31,384 nucleotides of DNA from a virus (lineage: Duplodnaviria; Caudoviricetes): the IMG/VR virus record IMGVR_UViG_3300036783_000060, positions 1 through 31,384 of that record; one strand, given 5' to 3'. Numbering within the stretch: position 1 is the stretch's first letter; the number at the start of each line of letters is the position of its first letter. Positions 10,361-18,514 of the stretch are shown here, piece after piece. A model generated the notes under the pieces. The model saw nothing but the letters and a program-made list of their open reading frames with translations, searched no databases and was not told where the DNA came from. A program made the translations under genes and the position numbers.

Positions 10361-10702
10361 CTACGGCGCATTGGCCTGTTCAAATGTCGCGGAAATTGAC
10401 ACGGCCGGGCCACCAATAGGCACCACCCGGATCGAGTCAGCCGTAACGCGGTATAACCCCTTCTCACCGAGCGGCGGCGTCCAGATAAATGATTTTGTGG
10501 TGTGCTGGCGAACGAACGCCAGCAGTGGCTGCATATCTTGCTTGTTGCCGCTAAACGACAACGGCCAGCTTTGCGTTTCAGGGTTGATACCGTCGCCTGA
10601 AACCTGCTTATAGCCTTCTCCAAACTGTGCCGAACGCACTCTCTGGTTTAGGCTCCCTTCTGGCTGTCCCTGCACCCGCCAGGTGAATGTCTCGATCGCC
10701 AT
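10361..10702 (-). CDS. Minor tail protein M
   Basis: ETFTW...AQFGEGYKQ..GDGINP...SFIWTPP...ATFEQ. Confidence 0.92.
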   Translation of the reverse strand: MAIETFTWRVQGQPEGSLNQRVRSAQFGEGYKQVSGDGINPETQSWPLSFSGNKQDMQPLLAFVRQHTTKSFIWTPPLGEKGLYRVTADSIRVVPIGGPAVSISATFEQANAP

Positions 10703-10717
10703 GTTTCCTCCATGCGT

Positions 10718-10741
10718 AAAAAAACCCGCACATGGCGGGTC
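10718..10741 (-). terminator. Intrinsic terminator after the tape-measure stub
   Basis: ACCCGC-catgt-GCGGGT-T run. Confidence 0.7.
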
Positions 10742-10743
10742 TG

Positions 10744-10815
10744 TTAGCGTTTGTTTAAAGCATTCCAGAGCGGTGTTCCTGGTCGCATGGACTGGTCATT
10801 AATCGTATCGATAAC
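10744..10815 (-). pseudogene. Extreme C-terminus of tape measure protein
   Basis: VIDTINDQSMRPGTPLWNALNKR* resembles the ..RPG.LW.. end of lambda-like tape measure proteins and lies directly upstream of M. Confidence 0.65.
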
Positions 10816-11443
10816 TGTCCATCAGCGACGGGATGTAATCAGCAGGCAGGTTGGCTTCGTTATCGAACGTGGAGGCCTGCACCAGTCCGTACAGTTTCGC
10901 AAGATGGGGCTTATCCCTGACCTCTTTCACAAACTGGAGCCAGACGAACTTAAACCCCTCTGGCGTCGTGGTGACGTCGATCCCGTTGCGCAGCCCGTCA
11001 ACCTTGTAACGCATACGCGCGATGATTTTTCGCCAGGCCTTTTGCGCCTTATCCTTTTTCATCACGTCGAGCTCATCAATCAGCGCATTACCGATTTTGA
11101 AGCCCACGATGGTTTCCGGTTTTTCCATTGAGCGGCAGATCGTCGTTCCCCGGTACTGACGCCCGGCGTAGAAATGCACCTCTTTGTTGCTCTCGTTGAT
11201 CTGGACGCGCATCCCCCAGTCGTGCGCCACCTCTTCGACTGTCGGATAGAAAATATCGCGGATTTGCGGATAGGTCGGGGCAAAGTAGCCCTGGTTGATG
11301 CGAGGGAACTCCCACATGCCCTTACAGATGCCGCCACAGCCTACCCAGGTCTTACCGCTACCGAACCCTGCAACGTAGGCTTTGAACTTGTGAGGCATCG
11401 CCAGAAAACGGGCCTGAGGGATATTAAGCGTCGGCGCTATCAT
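10799..11443 (-). pseudogene. Terminase large subunit, ATPase half only
   Basis: Walker A AGFGSGKT, Walker B ALIDE, TTTPEG. It ends at ~211 aa with no nuclease domain. Confidence 0.88.
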
Positions 11444-12230
11444 CGTCCCTCACTTTGGCATCCACCACATTGATGTTGATCGCCACTGGTTTCGGCATGT
11501 CGTTGTCGTCATCGTCGGCCAGCTCTTTACCCAGTTTTTCACACTCCAGGCGGGTCTTGTCCGTTGCTGCACGGCGAAAATCGGTATCGGCTTCGATTTT
11601 TGGCAGCATCGCCTCAGTAACGGCCAACTGGCTGAAGGTTCGCAAAATCGACTCGATGCGCGCAGTGTTGCGATCCATTGCCTGCTCAGCGCCGCGGATG
11701 TTTTCGCGCAGGACCTTTTTGCGCTCCTCGCTTTCTTCATCACGGAGCGCCTCACCCCAGCGGCCAATGTTCGCAGCGGCAATCAGGTTTGAGGCCTGCA
11801 CCCGGCGCAGTTCATCTTCCAGCCCCATCGCCTCGGCGTCTTCAATCACATCATCAGATAGCAGCATTCGGCGGGCATAGCCGCCATGTTTCAGCGCTGC
11901 CCTGTTGTTAGAGCCGAACGGATTGATTGGCGGGTCGGTACGCTTTCCACGTATCGGTTTCGTTTTGGGTTCAGGGGCCTCATCGCTTTCTTGGGAGTCT
12001 CCAGATTTGGCGCTACGTCCGCCGGTACGCACCTTTGATTTTTGCGTACCGCTTTTGCGTACCTGCGTACCTTTTTGCGTACCAGCTTTTCCCTTGCGTA
12101 CCCATCCGTGTTTCTTGGCGCGCTTTCTAATGGCCCCTTCACTGATGCCGTGTATCTCTGCCAAGTCTCGGAGAGAAAGTTGACCGGCACAGTAATCGCG
12201 CTCAAGGCCGCTTTCTTCCGGTTGTGACAT
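11424..12230 (-). CDS. Terminase small subunit
   Basis: N-terminal HTH (SLRDLAEIHGISEGAIRKRAKKHGW), NRAALKHGGYA motif, SD GGAG before ATG 12230, overlaps the terL start. Confidence 0.85.
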   Translation of the reverse strand: MSQPEESGLERDYCAGQLSLRDLAEIHGISEGAIRKRAKKHGWVRKGKAGTQKGTQVRKSGTQKSKVRTGGRSAKSGDSQESDEAPEPKTKPIRGKRTDPPINPFGSNNRAALKHGGYARRMLLSDDVIEDAEAMGLEDELRRVQASNLIAAANIGRWGEALRDEESEERKKVLRENIRGAEQAMDRNTARIESILRTFSQLAVTEAMLPKIEADTDFRRAATDKTRLECEKLGKELADDDDNDMPKPVAININVVDAKVRDDDSADA

Positions 12231-12240
12231 AGCGTGCTCC

Positions 12241-12293
12241 ATAAAAAAAGCCACCAGCGCTACCCCCACAGCGAGCCGGAGTAACGAGGTGAC
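12241..12293 (-). terminator. Long hairpin plus T7 just upstream of terS
   Basis: GTCACC/GGTGGC and CGTTACTCC/GGGGTAGCG stems (with G-U pairs) followed by TTTTTTT. Confidence 0.55.
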
Positions 12294-12595
12294 TTTGCTT
12301 GCGCATTGCCACATTTATCGCTTTTAAGTGCATCGCGTAATTTCCTCTGGTACGTTTCCCCCTGCTGGCGCAGTTGCTGATTTTGCTTTTGTTGTTCTGC
12401 CACCAGCATGCGGTTACGGGCGTCCTGTTCCTGCATGGTGGCAATCAGTCCTGACTGCTGCGTCAGCGTTTTTTCCTGCTCTTTTATCTGCTCACTAGCC
12501 TTTACTGCGCTACCGTGAAAGTGAAATGCCAGCCATGCCAGTAAAATGAAGATGAGCAGCAATGCGGCACCAATGGCCACTGTCAGTCTGTTCAT
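12260..12595 (-). CDS. i-spanin (Rz-like), probably C-terminally truncated
   Basis: N-terminal TM plus coiled coil after the endolysin; no o-spanin lipoprotein ORF is visible. Confidence 0.7.
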   Translation of the reverse strand: MNRLTVAIGAALLLIFILLAWLAFHFHGSAVKASEQIKEQEKTLTQQSGLIATMQEQDARNRMLVAEQQKQNQQLRQQGETYQRKLRDALKSDKCGNAQAKSPRYSGSLWG

Positions 12596-13122
12596 TTATC
12601 CAACCCCCAGCAGGCCAATTCAGCTTCCTGATCCCGTCGCGCCACCTGGCCGAAACAGTTATTGGAACGAATGCGACAATCCCGCCCACCGTCGAATATC
12701 CAGCGGCGGATCTCTCGGCATGCACCAGGGCGATCACCGGCATTCAGTTTTTTGTAGAACGTCGAAGTGAAGCATTTGCTGGGGCCAATGTTCCACGGGC
12801 AGAATGACGCGATACCGACTTTCTGAGGCTCAGTCAGCGTCACCTTGACGTTGCGGTCTACCCAGTCGAGAGCCTTTCTCTGCTCCGCTGCGTCAATCCG
12901 CTTGCACTGCTCACTGGTCAACCGCATGCCCTTCACAACTTTTTGACCGTTGACCATTGTCACGCCGCCGCAAATTGTCCAGATGCCGACACCATCCTGA
13001 TAGGCGTTCAGGCGCTGGCCTTCTTTCTCTTCCTGAAACTGCGCCATCATCACCGGAGCCGATGCGCCGGCGGCTATTAGCGCCAACATGGCGGCACTGA
13101 GTTTGCTTTTCATCGAAGCCAC
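12592..13122 (-). CDS. SAR endolysin (GH24 lysozyme)
   Basis: N-terminal Ala/Gly-rich SAR helix; E-x8-D-x5-T catalytic triad (EGQRLNAYQDGVGIWT). Confidence 0.93.
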   Translation of the reverse strand: MASMKSKLSAAMLALIAAGASAPVMMAQFQEEKEGQRLNAYQDGVGIWTICGGVTMVNGQKVVKGMRLTSEQCKRIDAAEQRKALDWVDRNVKVTLTEPQKVGIASFCPWNIGPSKCFTSTFYKKLNAGDRPGACREIRRWIFDGGRDCRIRSNNCFGQVARRDQEAELACWGLDK

Positions 13123-13385
13123 TACTCGCCCCCTATCAGGTCAATGTCCTGAGCACTGATGTTTTTGTTTGATCGGTCAATCAGGTACATTTTGAGCAGT
13201 TTTTCTCGACGACATCTAAACCAGACGCCGACAACGCACCCGATGACAGAGCAGAGAATGCCGACGAAAATGCCGATCACCATCCATTCACTGGGCGAAA
13301 AATAATTAATCGCCCCGAGCAGCAGGCCAATCAGCCAGCCGCCATGCGTGGCGCTATCTGCGATTTTTTCCGGCATGGATCTCAT
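13122..13385 (-). CDS. Class II holin/pinholin with dual-start motif
   Basis: M-R-S-M start like phage 21 S (MKSM), two TM segments, basic tail, precedes a SAR endolysin. Confidence 0.85.
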   Translation of the reverse strand: MRSMPEKIADSATHGGWLIGLLLGAINYFSPSEWMVIGIFVGILCSVIGCVVGVWFRCRREKLLKMYLIDRSNKNISAQDIDLIGGE

Positions 13386-13453
13386 CCTTCCCCCTTATCG
13401 GGGCATGCCCCGATCATCGGGTAATAAAAACGAAAAACCCGACGGCGGCCGGG

Positions 13454-14176
13454 TTATGGTGAATTTTCTGGTTTTGGGTAGGGCTTCGGGCTAAACAGTT
13501 TTGTGTTGAGTCGCTTACGCGCTCGCTTGTTCAAAAATCGGATATAGCGGAACTGGTTGAATGTATGCGCAGTTGCCCGATGTGCATTTTCCTGTAAAAA
13601 ATTGCCTCGGCTACCGGCCTTGCGGCCCTTCGTGGTCATGGCGATCTTGTGGTACCACTCACCATCGAGTTCGTAAAACGTCGTTTGGTGGCTGCCGACA
13701 TAATCGAAATTGCTGGCCTGGTACACGACGCCGAACCGTCCGCACCGTTCATCGGCAAACGTCTGCACCCACTCAACGGCGGGATACAATAGCTTGATGC
13801 TTTTCAGCGCGTAGCTGATGGCGCGAGATTCGGTATTACGTGGCATCCGGTCATGAACCCACAACCGGTTGAGCTCCATGTATTCGCGGTTGCCGGTACC
13901 GGTTACGACGCGCGCCCCACTGCTGGGATTCATCGCGTAGCCCCACTGCATAACGCCAACCAGATCGCGACCGTCAAAAATACCCAGGTGCAGATAGGAG
14001 TTGTTCACTACACGCTTGCTGTAGTGAAAGTGGCTGATAACAAGACGGGCCAGCCAGACAGGAATAGTTGCAACGTGCAGATCTTCACACCCATAACCGA
14101 CGGTTTCGCCTGCGTAGACGATCGGCGCTGGCTTTCCGCTGGCGCGTGACACAACAGCATTAACATGATTCTTCAA
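13454..14176 (-). CDS. mom: Mu Mom-like adenine modification enzyme (GNAT fold)
   Basis: Long stretches match Mu Mom as recalled: [87 protein letters not shown]. Confidence 0.92.
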   Translation of the reverse strand: MKNHVNAVVSRASGKPAPIVYAGETVGYGCEDLHVATIPVWLARLVISHFHYSKRVVNNSYLHLGIFDGRDLVGVMQWGYAMNPSSGARVVTGTGNREYMELNRLWVHDRMPRNTESRAISYALKSIKLLYPAVEWVQTFADERCGRFGVVYQASNFDYVGSHQTTFYELDGEWYHKIAMTTKGRKAGSRGNFLQENAHRATAHTFNQFRYIRFLNKRARKRLNTKLFSPKPYPKPENSP

Positions 14177-14280
14177 TGTTTAAGTACTCCAATAGAGACG
14201 GTGTACTCGTGACCTTTGACGCGGGTATGCAGCCTCGGAAAGCAGCAACTTTCCGGGGCACCCATCAGAGCGTAGAAACG

Positions 14281-14306
14281 AAAAAACCCGCTCGAATGGC
14301 GGGTTT
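14281..14306 (-). terminator. tR'-like terminator of the late leader
   Basis: AAACCCGC-cattcga-GCGGGTTTTTT about 50 nt downstream of pR'. Confidence 0.8.
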
Positions 14307-14351
14307 CTTATGAATTTGTCGCTGCGGATACTACTTCGCGAAGCTTAACCT

Positions 14352-14379
14352 AATTTAACCATTTTCCGCGCAAAGTCAA
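14352..14379 (-). promoter_or_regulatory. Late promoter pR'
   Basis: TTGACT-N16-TAAATT immediately after the Q stop codon. Confidence 0.65.
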
Positions 14380-14936
14380 CGGTAAAATCTTTCAACGTTT
14401 GAGTCGAATGCATCGCTCATCGGTAGATAAAGCATGTACTCGGCAGTTTTCAGCCAGACGGCAATCCGAGTTTCGCAGGTACGCATACACCATTCAGGTC
14501 GAATATCGTGTAAATCGGCTGCCATGGCTTTTTTGCTTTTACCGTGCCCGATGTACCGCTGCTGAATGACGTACCTCAACCCCGGGTGATCCAACAAGAT
14601 AGCCCCGATCACCTGGTCAATGGTCGCCGCTTCCTGGTCTGTGCAAAATGCCAGGCTGCTTTTTTGCTTACCTTCCATGATATCCAGTAGATAACGCTGC
14701 AACTCGTCTTTGTTGCATCCCGTTTTTTTAAGTTGCCGTAATGCCTGGGCGATCGCGGTCTTTGTCACTTTCTCACTGGCCAATAATCGGTTAAACATAC
14801 TGCCAGCACTGCCATGCTTTGCCAGACCAGACCAGCGACCCCACATTTTTAACTTACCCTGGATCCACACTTGCTCCAGCGCCCGCAGGTGGAGTTCTTT
14901 GCCATCGCCCTTACCTATATTTTCAGGATAAATCAT
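14376..14936 (-). CDS. Late antiterminator Q (DUF1133-type)
   Basis: WIQGKLKMWGRWS motif, C-terminal HTH, position before pR'/lysis. Confidence 0.8.
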   Translation of the reverse strand: MIYPENIGKGDGKELHLRALEQVWIQGKLKMWGRWSGLAKHGSAGSMFNRLLASEKVTKTAIAQALRQLKKTGCNKDELQRYLLDIMEGKQKSSLAFCTDQEAATIDQVIGAILLDHPGLRYVIQQRYIGHGKSKKAMAADLHDIRPEWCMRTCETRIAVWLKTAEYMLYLPMSDAFDSNVERFYR

Positions 14937-15220
14937 AACTTGCCCTCACTTCTCAAAATGGCTTGCGTGCGGAATACGCCCTCAGCGTGCATCAGCCGCA
15001 GTTCGTCGCGCGTATATTCGGTTTTCTTTCTGCTGTCGATAGCGTCATGACATGCACTGCATCCCCACGCGCCCTGCTCGTCGTCAGGTTTCATGCCGCC
15101 GCCGCAGGTACCGGCCAGACGGTAATGCGCCAGAACGGTTGTTTCCGGATTGAAATTGCAAACGCCTGGAATTCTAATTTGGCAGTCGCGGCCTCTGGCC
15201 TCTTCTCGTAAATTAGCCAT
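14933..15220 (-). CDS. YbcO/DUF1364-family Zn-binding nuclease-like protein
   Basis: LREEARGRDCQIRIPGVCNFNPETTVLAHYR...CSACHD. Confidence 0.88.
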   Translation of the reverse strand: MANLREEARGRDCQIRIPGVCNFNPETTVLAHYRLAGTCGGGMKPDDEQGAWGCSACHDAIDSRKKTEYTRDELRLMHAEGVFRTQAILRSEGKL

Positions 15221-15813
15221 TACGCGAAGCTCATCAGTTGTGCTGCTGCATTATCAACCTCGAGATGCGAGCGGAAAGGTTTATGCAGGATCCAGCGCCA
15301 GAGGACATCGAGCGCGGCTTTGTACAGTTGATGGAATTCTGTTTCATCCATGTTGGCGAAAGCAATACTGCGTGGGTGTTTCCGAAGGGTGCCGTCTGGA
15401 AGTTGGATTGCGTCGTAATGCCCGGCTTCGACCGTCACCCACGCGCGATAAGCATCGAAGGATTTACAGGCGCTGATACTGCCAGCACGTCGATCGGCGA
15501 TACACTCCAGATACTGATCGGCAGCGTCGAGTAACGCGGACTCATTGCCGCCAAATTTGGCGAGGAATTTTGCATAGCCGGCCACCAGCTTGCGCTCGTT
15601 CGTTGAGATGGCGCCGCCGGTAGGTTCCCAGTATTCAAAGCCCAGGTTGAGAAGCGCAAAAAATCGGCGGTGAAACGCCGGGTTGCGCACCTGCTTGAAG
15701 TCGGCCACCAGCACGGCGCCGAGCTTGCATTTTGTTTGCAGAAATTCGCTGGTCTCCGGGCTGGCCGGGATCAGTATTCCTGATGATTGCTTGATAAGCT
15801 GTAACTGCGCCAT
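15220..15813 (-). CDS. DUF1367/YdfU-family protein
   Basis: RNPAFHRRFFALLNLGFEYWEPTGG...SIAFANMDETEF. Confidence 0.88.
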   Translation of the reverse strand: MAQLQLIKQSSGILIPASPETSEFLQTKCKLGAVLVADFKQVRNPAFHRRFFALLNLGFEYWEPTGGAISTNERKLVAGYAKFLAKFGGNESALLDAADQYLECIADRRAGSISACKSFDAYRAWVTVEAGHYDAIQLPDGTLRKHPRSIAFANMDETEFHQLYKAALDVLWRWILHKPFRSHLEVDNAAAQLMSFA

Positions 15814-15855
15814 GTTCTCTCCTGTGGCGCAGCAGGCACGGGGTGTTCAGGCCCG

Positions 15856-16098
15856 TTAAGTGAGTTTATCAGAATTCGGGATACGGTAACCGGCTCGTTC
15901 TAAAATTTGCGTTATCAGTTTTGGCGTGCCGACAATATCTTCAGCCTGCAAGGGCATGAAGGAGATCTGATCGCCCTTTCGGTACATCAGTGCCCGCTCA
16001 CAGACAGGGAAATGTTTGAATCTGGCAACCACTGCATCATCCATGCAGCGTACAACCTTGTATCCACCTTTGGGCGCGTCATACTGTAATCCGGCCAC
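15856..16098 (-). CDS. Putative SOS-induced antirepressor (Gifsy GfoA/GftA-like)
   Basis: SD AGGAGG plus GTG; second gene of a LexA-box dinI operon; the cognate cI has no autoprotease domain. Confidence 0.6.
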   Translation of the reverse strand: MAGLQYDAPKGGYKVVRCMDDAVVARFKHFPVCERALMYRKGDQISFMPLQAEDIVGTPKLITQILERAGYRIPNSDKLT

Positions 16099-16137
16099 TT
16101 CATACCTCCTGTACTGAGAAATTATCGGGCCAATAAA

Positions 16138-16371
16138 TTAATAAAACCAATCGTCAGTGCTTTCCCAAGTTTCCTGCAGGATCTCTTCTACGCGCTCCTT
16201 GGTTTCCTTTTTGGCCCCCAGCACAGATAAATTATCTTGCCCGCCAAGCCGCACAGCGACACTGCAATCGGGGAACACTTTACTCAACCGTTTCTGGAAC
16301 TCATGCTCAATAGCGGCCACAGCCCCAACAGGTAACTCCTTGTTTTTCTGGATTACTAATTCAACTTTCAT
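16138..16371 (-). CDS. dinI: DinI-family protein
   Basis: ELPVGAVAAIEHEF.KRL...LSVLG..KE.KERVEEILQETWES.DDWF. Confidence 0.9.
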   Translation of the reverse strand: MKVELVIQKNKELPVGAVAAIEHEFQKRLSKVFPDCSVAVRLGGQDNLSVLGAKKETKERVEEILQETWESTDDWFY

Positions 16372-16385
16372 TATGCGCCCCCGAG

Positions 16386-16436
16386 TACTGGTTATTTATA
16401 CAGTATAATTATGGGTAGAATAATTTAAGTTTGCAA
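16386..16436 (-). promoter_or_regulatory. SOS promoter with LexA box
   Basis: TACTG-gttatttata-CAGTA (16386-16405, CTG-N10-CAG) just downstream of TTGCAA-N17-CATAAT. Confidence 0.9.
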
Positions 16437-16522
16437 GAAAAGAAAAAGCCCACATGGGGCTTTTGTGTGCTACAGAACAAAAAATGCACCATTTCTTTAA
16501 TTTTTAGCCAGTTACGCAACTC

Positions 16523-17140
16523 TCATCTGTTAAGCCTTTCGAGCTTCCTGATCACGTTCTTCAGCATGGTTTGTGCGTATAACCCAGGGGCCAAAGCTTT
16601 CGGCGCGTCGGTGTAGCCTGCTTTCACGTAGGCCGCTTTGGTTATGTGAGGAGCGAGTTTTAAATTTTCTATTTTGTTATTGTCATCATCGTTATCAAGA
16701 TGAATAACTGTATATCCTTGAGGCAGAGGGCCGTTTACGCACTCCCAAACATATACATCTAAGCGCATCAATTTTTTGTCTATTAGTATTCTGCGATTTT
16801 TGGTTGGTGGAGTTCCGTACTTACCCCACCCCCTAACCTTCATCGTAGTTCTAATTGCGGCTACTTTTTTATCCTCTGAGAAAACTCGGTTAAATTCCTC
16901 GGTTATTTCAGCGTAAGTTCGATGCTTGTTTGCATATATAAAACTTAATTGAGCTTCGGTATACCGCCGCTCTAATAGCATCGTTTTTCCTAACCCTAGC
17001 GCTTTAATTTTTTGTAGTACATTTACCGTGTCAAAGTTGCAGCCAAATTTATAATTTAGCGCTTCAGTTATCTCTCGGTATGTATGGCCGCTGCAATTTT
17101 CTTTCAGCCATAATATCTGTGTATCTGTGAATTTTTTCAT
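16523..17140 (-). CDS. HNH_3-like protein with N-terminal repeated helical domains
   Basis: VWECVNGPLPQGYTVIHLDNDDDNNKIENL; two FT/YT..Q..(W/F)..N...TY.EITE..N..F repeats. Confidence 0.7.
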   Translation of the reverse strand: MKKFTDTQILWLKENCSGHTYREITEALNYKFGCNFDTVNVLQKIKALGLGKTMLLERRYTEAQLSFIYANKHRTYAEITEEFNRVFSEDKKVAAIRTTMKVRGWGKYGTPPTKNRRILIDKKLMRLDVYVWECVNGPLPQGYTVIHLDNDDDNNKIENLKLAPHITKAAYVKAGYTDAPKALAPGLYAQTMLKNVIRKLERLNR

Positions 17141-17367
17141 TCTTCTATCCCCAATACCCTAGGCACTCGGCCGGCATAGCCGTCATACACGGCTTTCTGC
17201 GCATCCAGCGCCACGCGATAAGTCTGAATCATCGTTCCCGCAACTTCCGATACGGCCTTAGCACGTGAGATCTCTTCCAGCAGCGCTTCACCTTTCAGTG
17301 ATGGATCGGTGAGATTTTCCAGCATCATGAACTGGTGGTTTACCAGGTCCGCAAGTTTGTTCTTCAT
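17137..17367 (-). CDS. Small conserved phage protein partnered with the HNH gene
   Basis: MKNKLADLVNHQF..LE.L.D...EEISRAKAVSEVA; ATGA overlaps on both sides. Confidence 0.75.
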   Translation of the reverse strand: MKNKLADLVNHQFMMLENLTDPSLKGEALLEEISRAKAVSEVAGTMIQTYRVALDAQKAVYDGYAGRVPRVLGIEE

Positions 17368-17744
17368 GCTGACGCCCTCCCACTTACACTGGCCAGAGCC
17401 TGATCAAACATTTTGTGCACGTGGCAGAACCGCAGCTCCACTGGATGAAAATGCCAGAGAGTTTTATCAGGCGTGCCGGTCTCGCTGTTCGAATGGAAAT
17501 TAATCTCTGCAAGTTCCATGTACCGGGCAGTTGCACTGATTAATTTGTACCGGGTGCCGTGCCCCTGCCCCTTCACCACAATTACAACGTTTGGTGATCT
17601 GACCATCGACTTCAATCGAGGCATGAGTGACGTTCTTGTCATGCCATTGCCTGGGTAAGTCTCTTGAGCCAATTCAACAATTTCCTTGGTACTCAATTCT
17701 TGCCCTAGGATCAGCTCTATGAGTTGCTTGGTTGTAATTCTCAT
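17364..17744 (-). CDS. Winged-helix-like hypothetical protein
   Basis: 126 aa downstream of the helicase loader; start lies in the GGAGCATAACCAATG motif. Confidence 0.7.
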   Translation of the reverse strand: MRITTKQLIELILGQELSTKEIVELAQETYPGNGMTRTSLMPRLKSMVRSPNVVIVVKGQGHGTRYKLISATARYMELAEINFHSNSETGTPDKTLWHFHPVELRFCHVHKMFDQALASVSGRASA

Positions 17745-17758
17745 TGGTTATGCTCCGA

Positions 17759-18499
17759 TCACTTGATCACCCGGAGGTGAGTCACATTTTTACGATAACT
17801 TCCCCAGGTGAAATCCACCCAGATCCCGCTATCCATCGTTAATCTATCCATGACTCTGGCGCCTAAAACATTGGTTAATTCCCCCGCATTCAGGTTGGTT
17901 AAAACTCCCACCGGCTTTAGCGACGACAGCCGGCGATCAATAATCTGATTCAAAATCACCCACTCCCCGCGCGTTTCGCGCTGCACACCCACTTCGTCAA
18001 GAACGAGCAGATCGACCTTGCACAAGTCGTCAAGCAGTGCAGCCTCGGACTCTCCGCCATCGTAGCAGCGCCGAACACGCAACATCAGGTCGGGGATTGT
18101 GACAACCAGCACCGTGTGATTACTTGCCAGTAACTGGTTACCGATAGCCGCGGCCAAATGGTTTTTGCCGGTACCGCACCCGCCGCTAAAAACGAAACAG
18201 CCAAATCCCATACCAAAATTCTGCGCATAGCTCTTGGCCTTGCTTAGGGCGTGGCGCTGACCGTCGTTGGCTACTTGGTAATTGGCAAACGTGCAGTTGC
18301 GGTGCAGGTCGCAGATCCCCGAACGTCCGAAAATTCGCTCTGCGCGTGTCTGCTGATTCACCCTGTTCAGCTCAGCGCTGCGCTTATCGCCCTCCACTCG
18401 ATGCCAGGCGAGCAGTTCGTCGGCCGTCCGAAACTTTGGCTCAATACCCGGTGGCATGATGCGCTGCAGTCGGCTGAGCAGTGTCTCTGGTGTTTTCAT
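17759..18499 (-). CDS. DnaC/IstB-like helicase loader ATPase
   Basis: Walker A GGCGTGKNH, Walker B LLVLDE, RVMDRL. Confidence 0.92.
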   Translation of the reverse strand: MKTPETLLSRLQRIMPPGIEPKFRTADELLAWHRVEGDKRSAELNRVNQQTRAERIFGRSGICDLHRNCTFANYQVANDGQRHALSKAKSYAQNFGMGFGCFVFSGGCGTGKNHLAAAIGNQLLASNHTVLVVTIPDLMLRVRRCYDGGESEAALLDDLCKVDLLVLDEVGVQRETRGEWVILNQIIDRRLSSLKPVGVLTNLNAGELTNVLGARVMDRLTMDSGIWVDFTWGSYRKNVTHLRVIK

Positions 18500-18514
18500 G
18501 GTTCACCTCGTGGT

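Noticed and set aside
7796-10702. Retained M-L-K-I as a tailocin
   Set aside because: Tail tube, chaperones, tape measure and J are deleted, so no tail can be built from this locus alone.
12020-12105. Repeated TGCGTACC units as a CRISPR-like or regulatory array
   Set aside because: They are short, irregularly spaced and lie in the low-complexity GTQ/VR linker of TerS. There are no spacers or cas genes.
14173-14265. uORF upstream of mom as a Com homolog
   Set aside because: It lacks the CxxC...CxxC zinc finger of Com and is only 30 aa. It is kept only as a possible coupling uORF.
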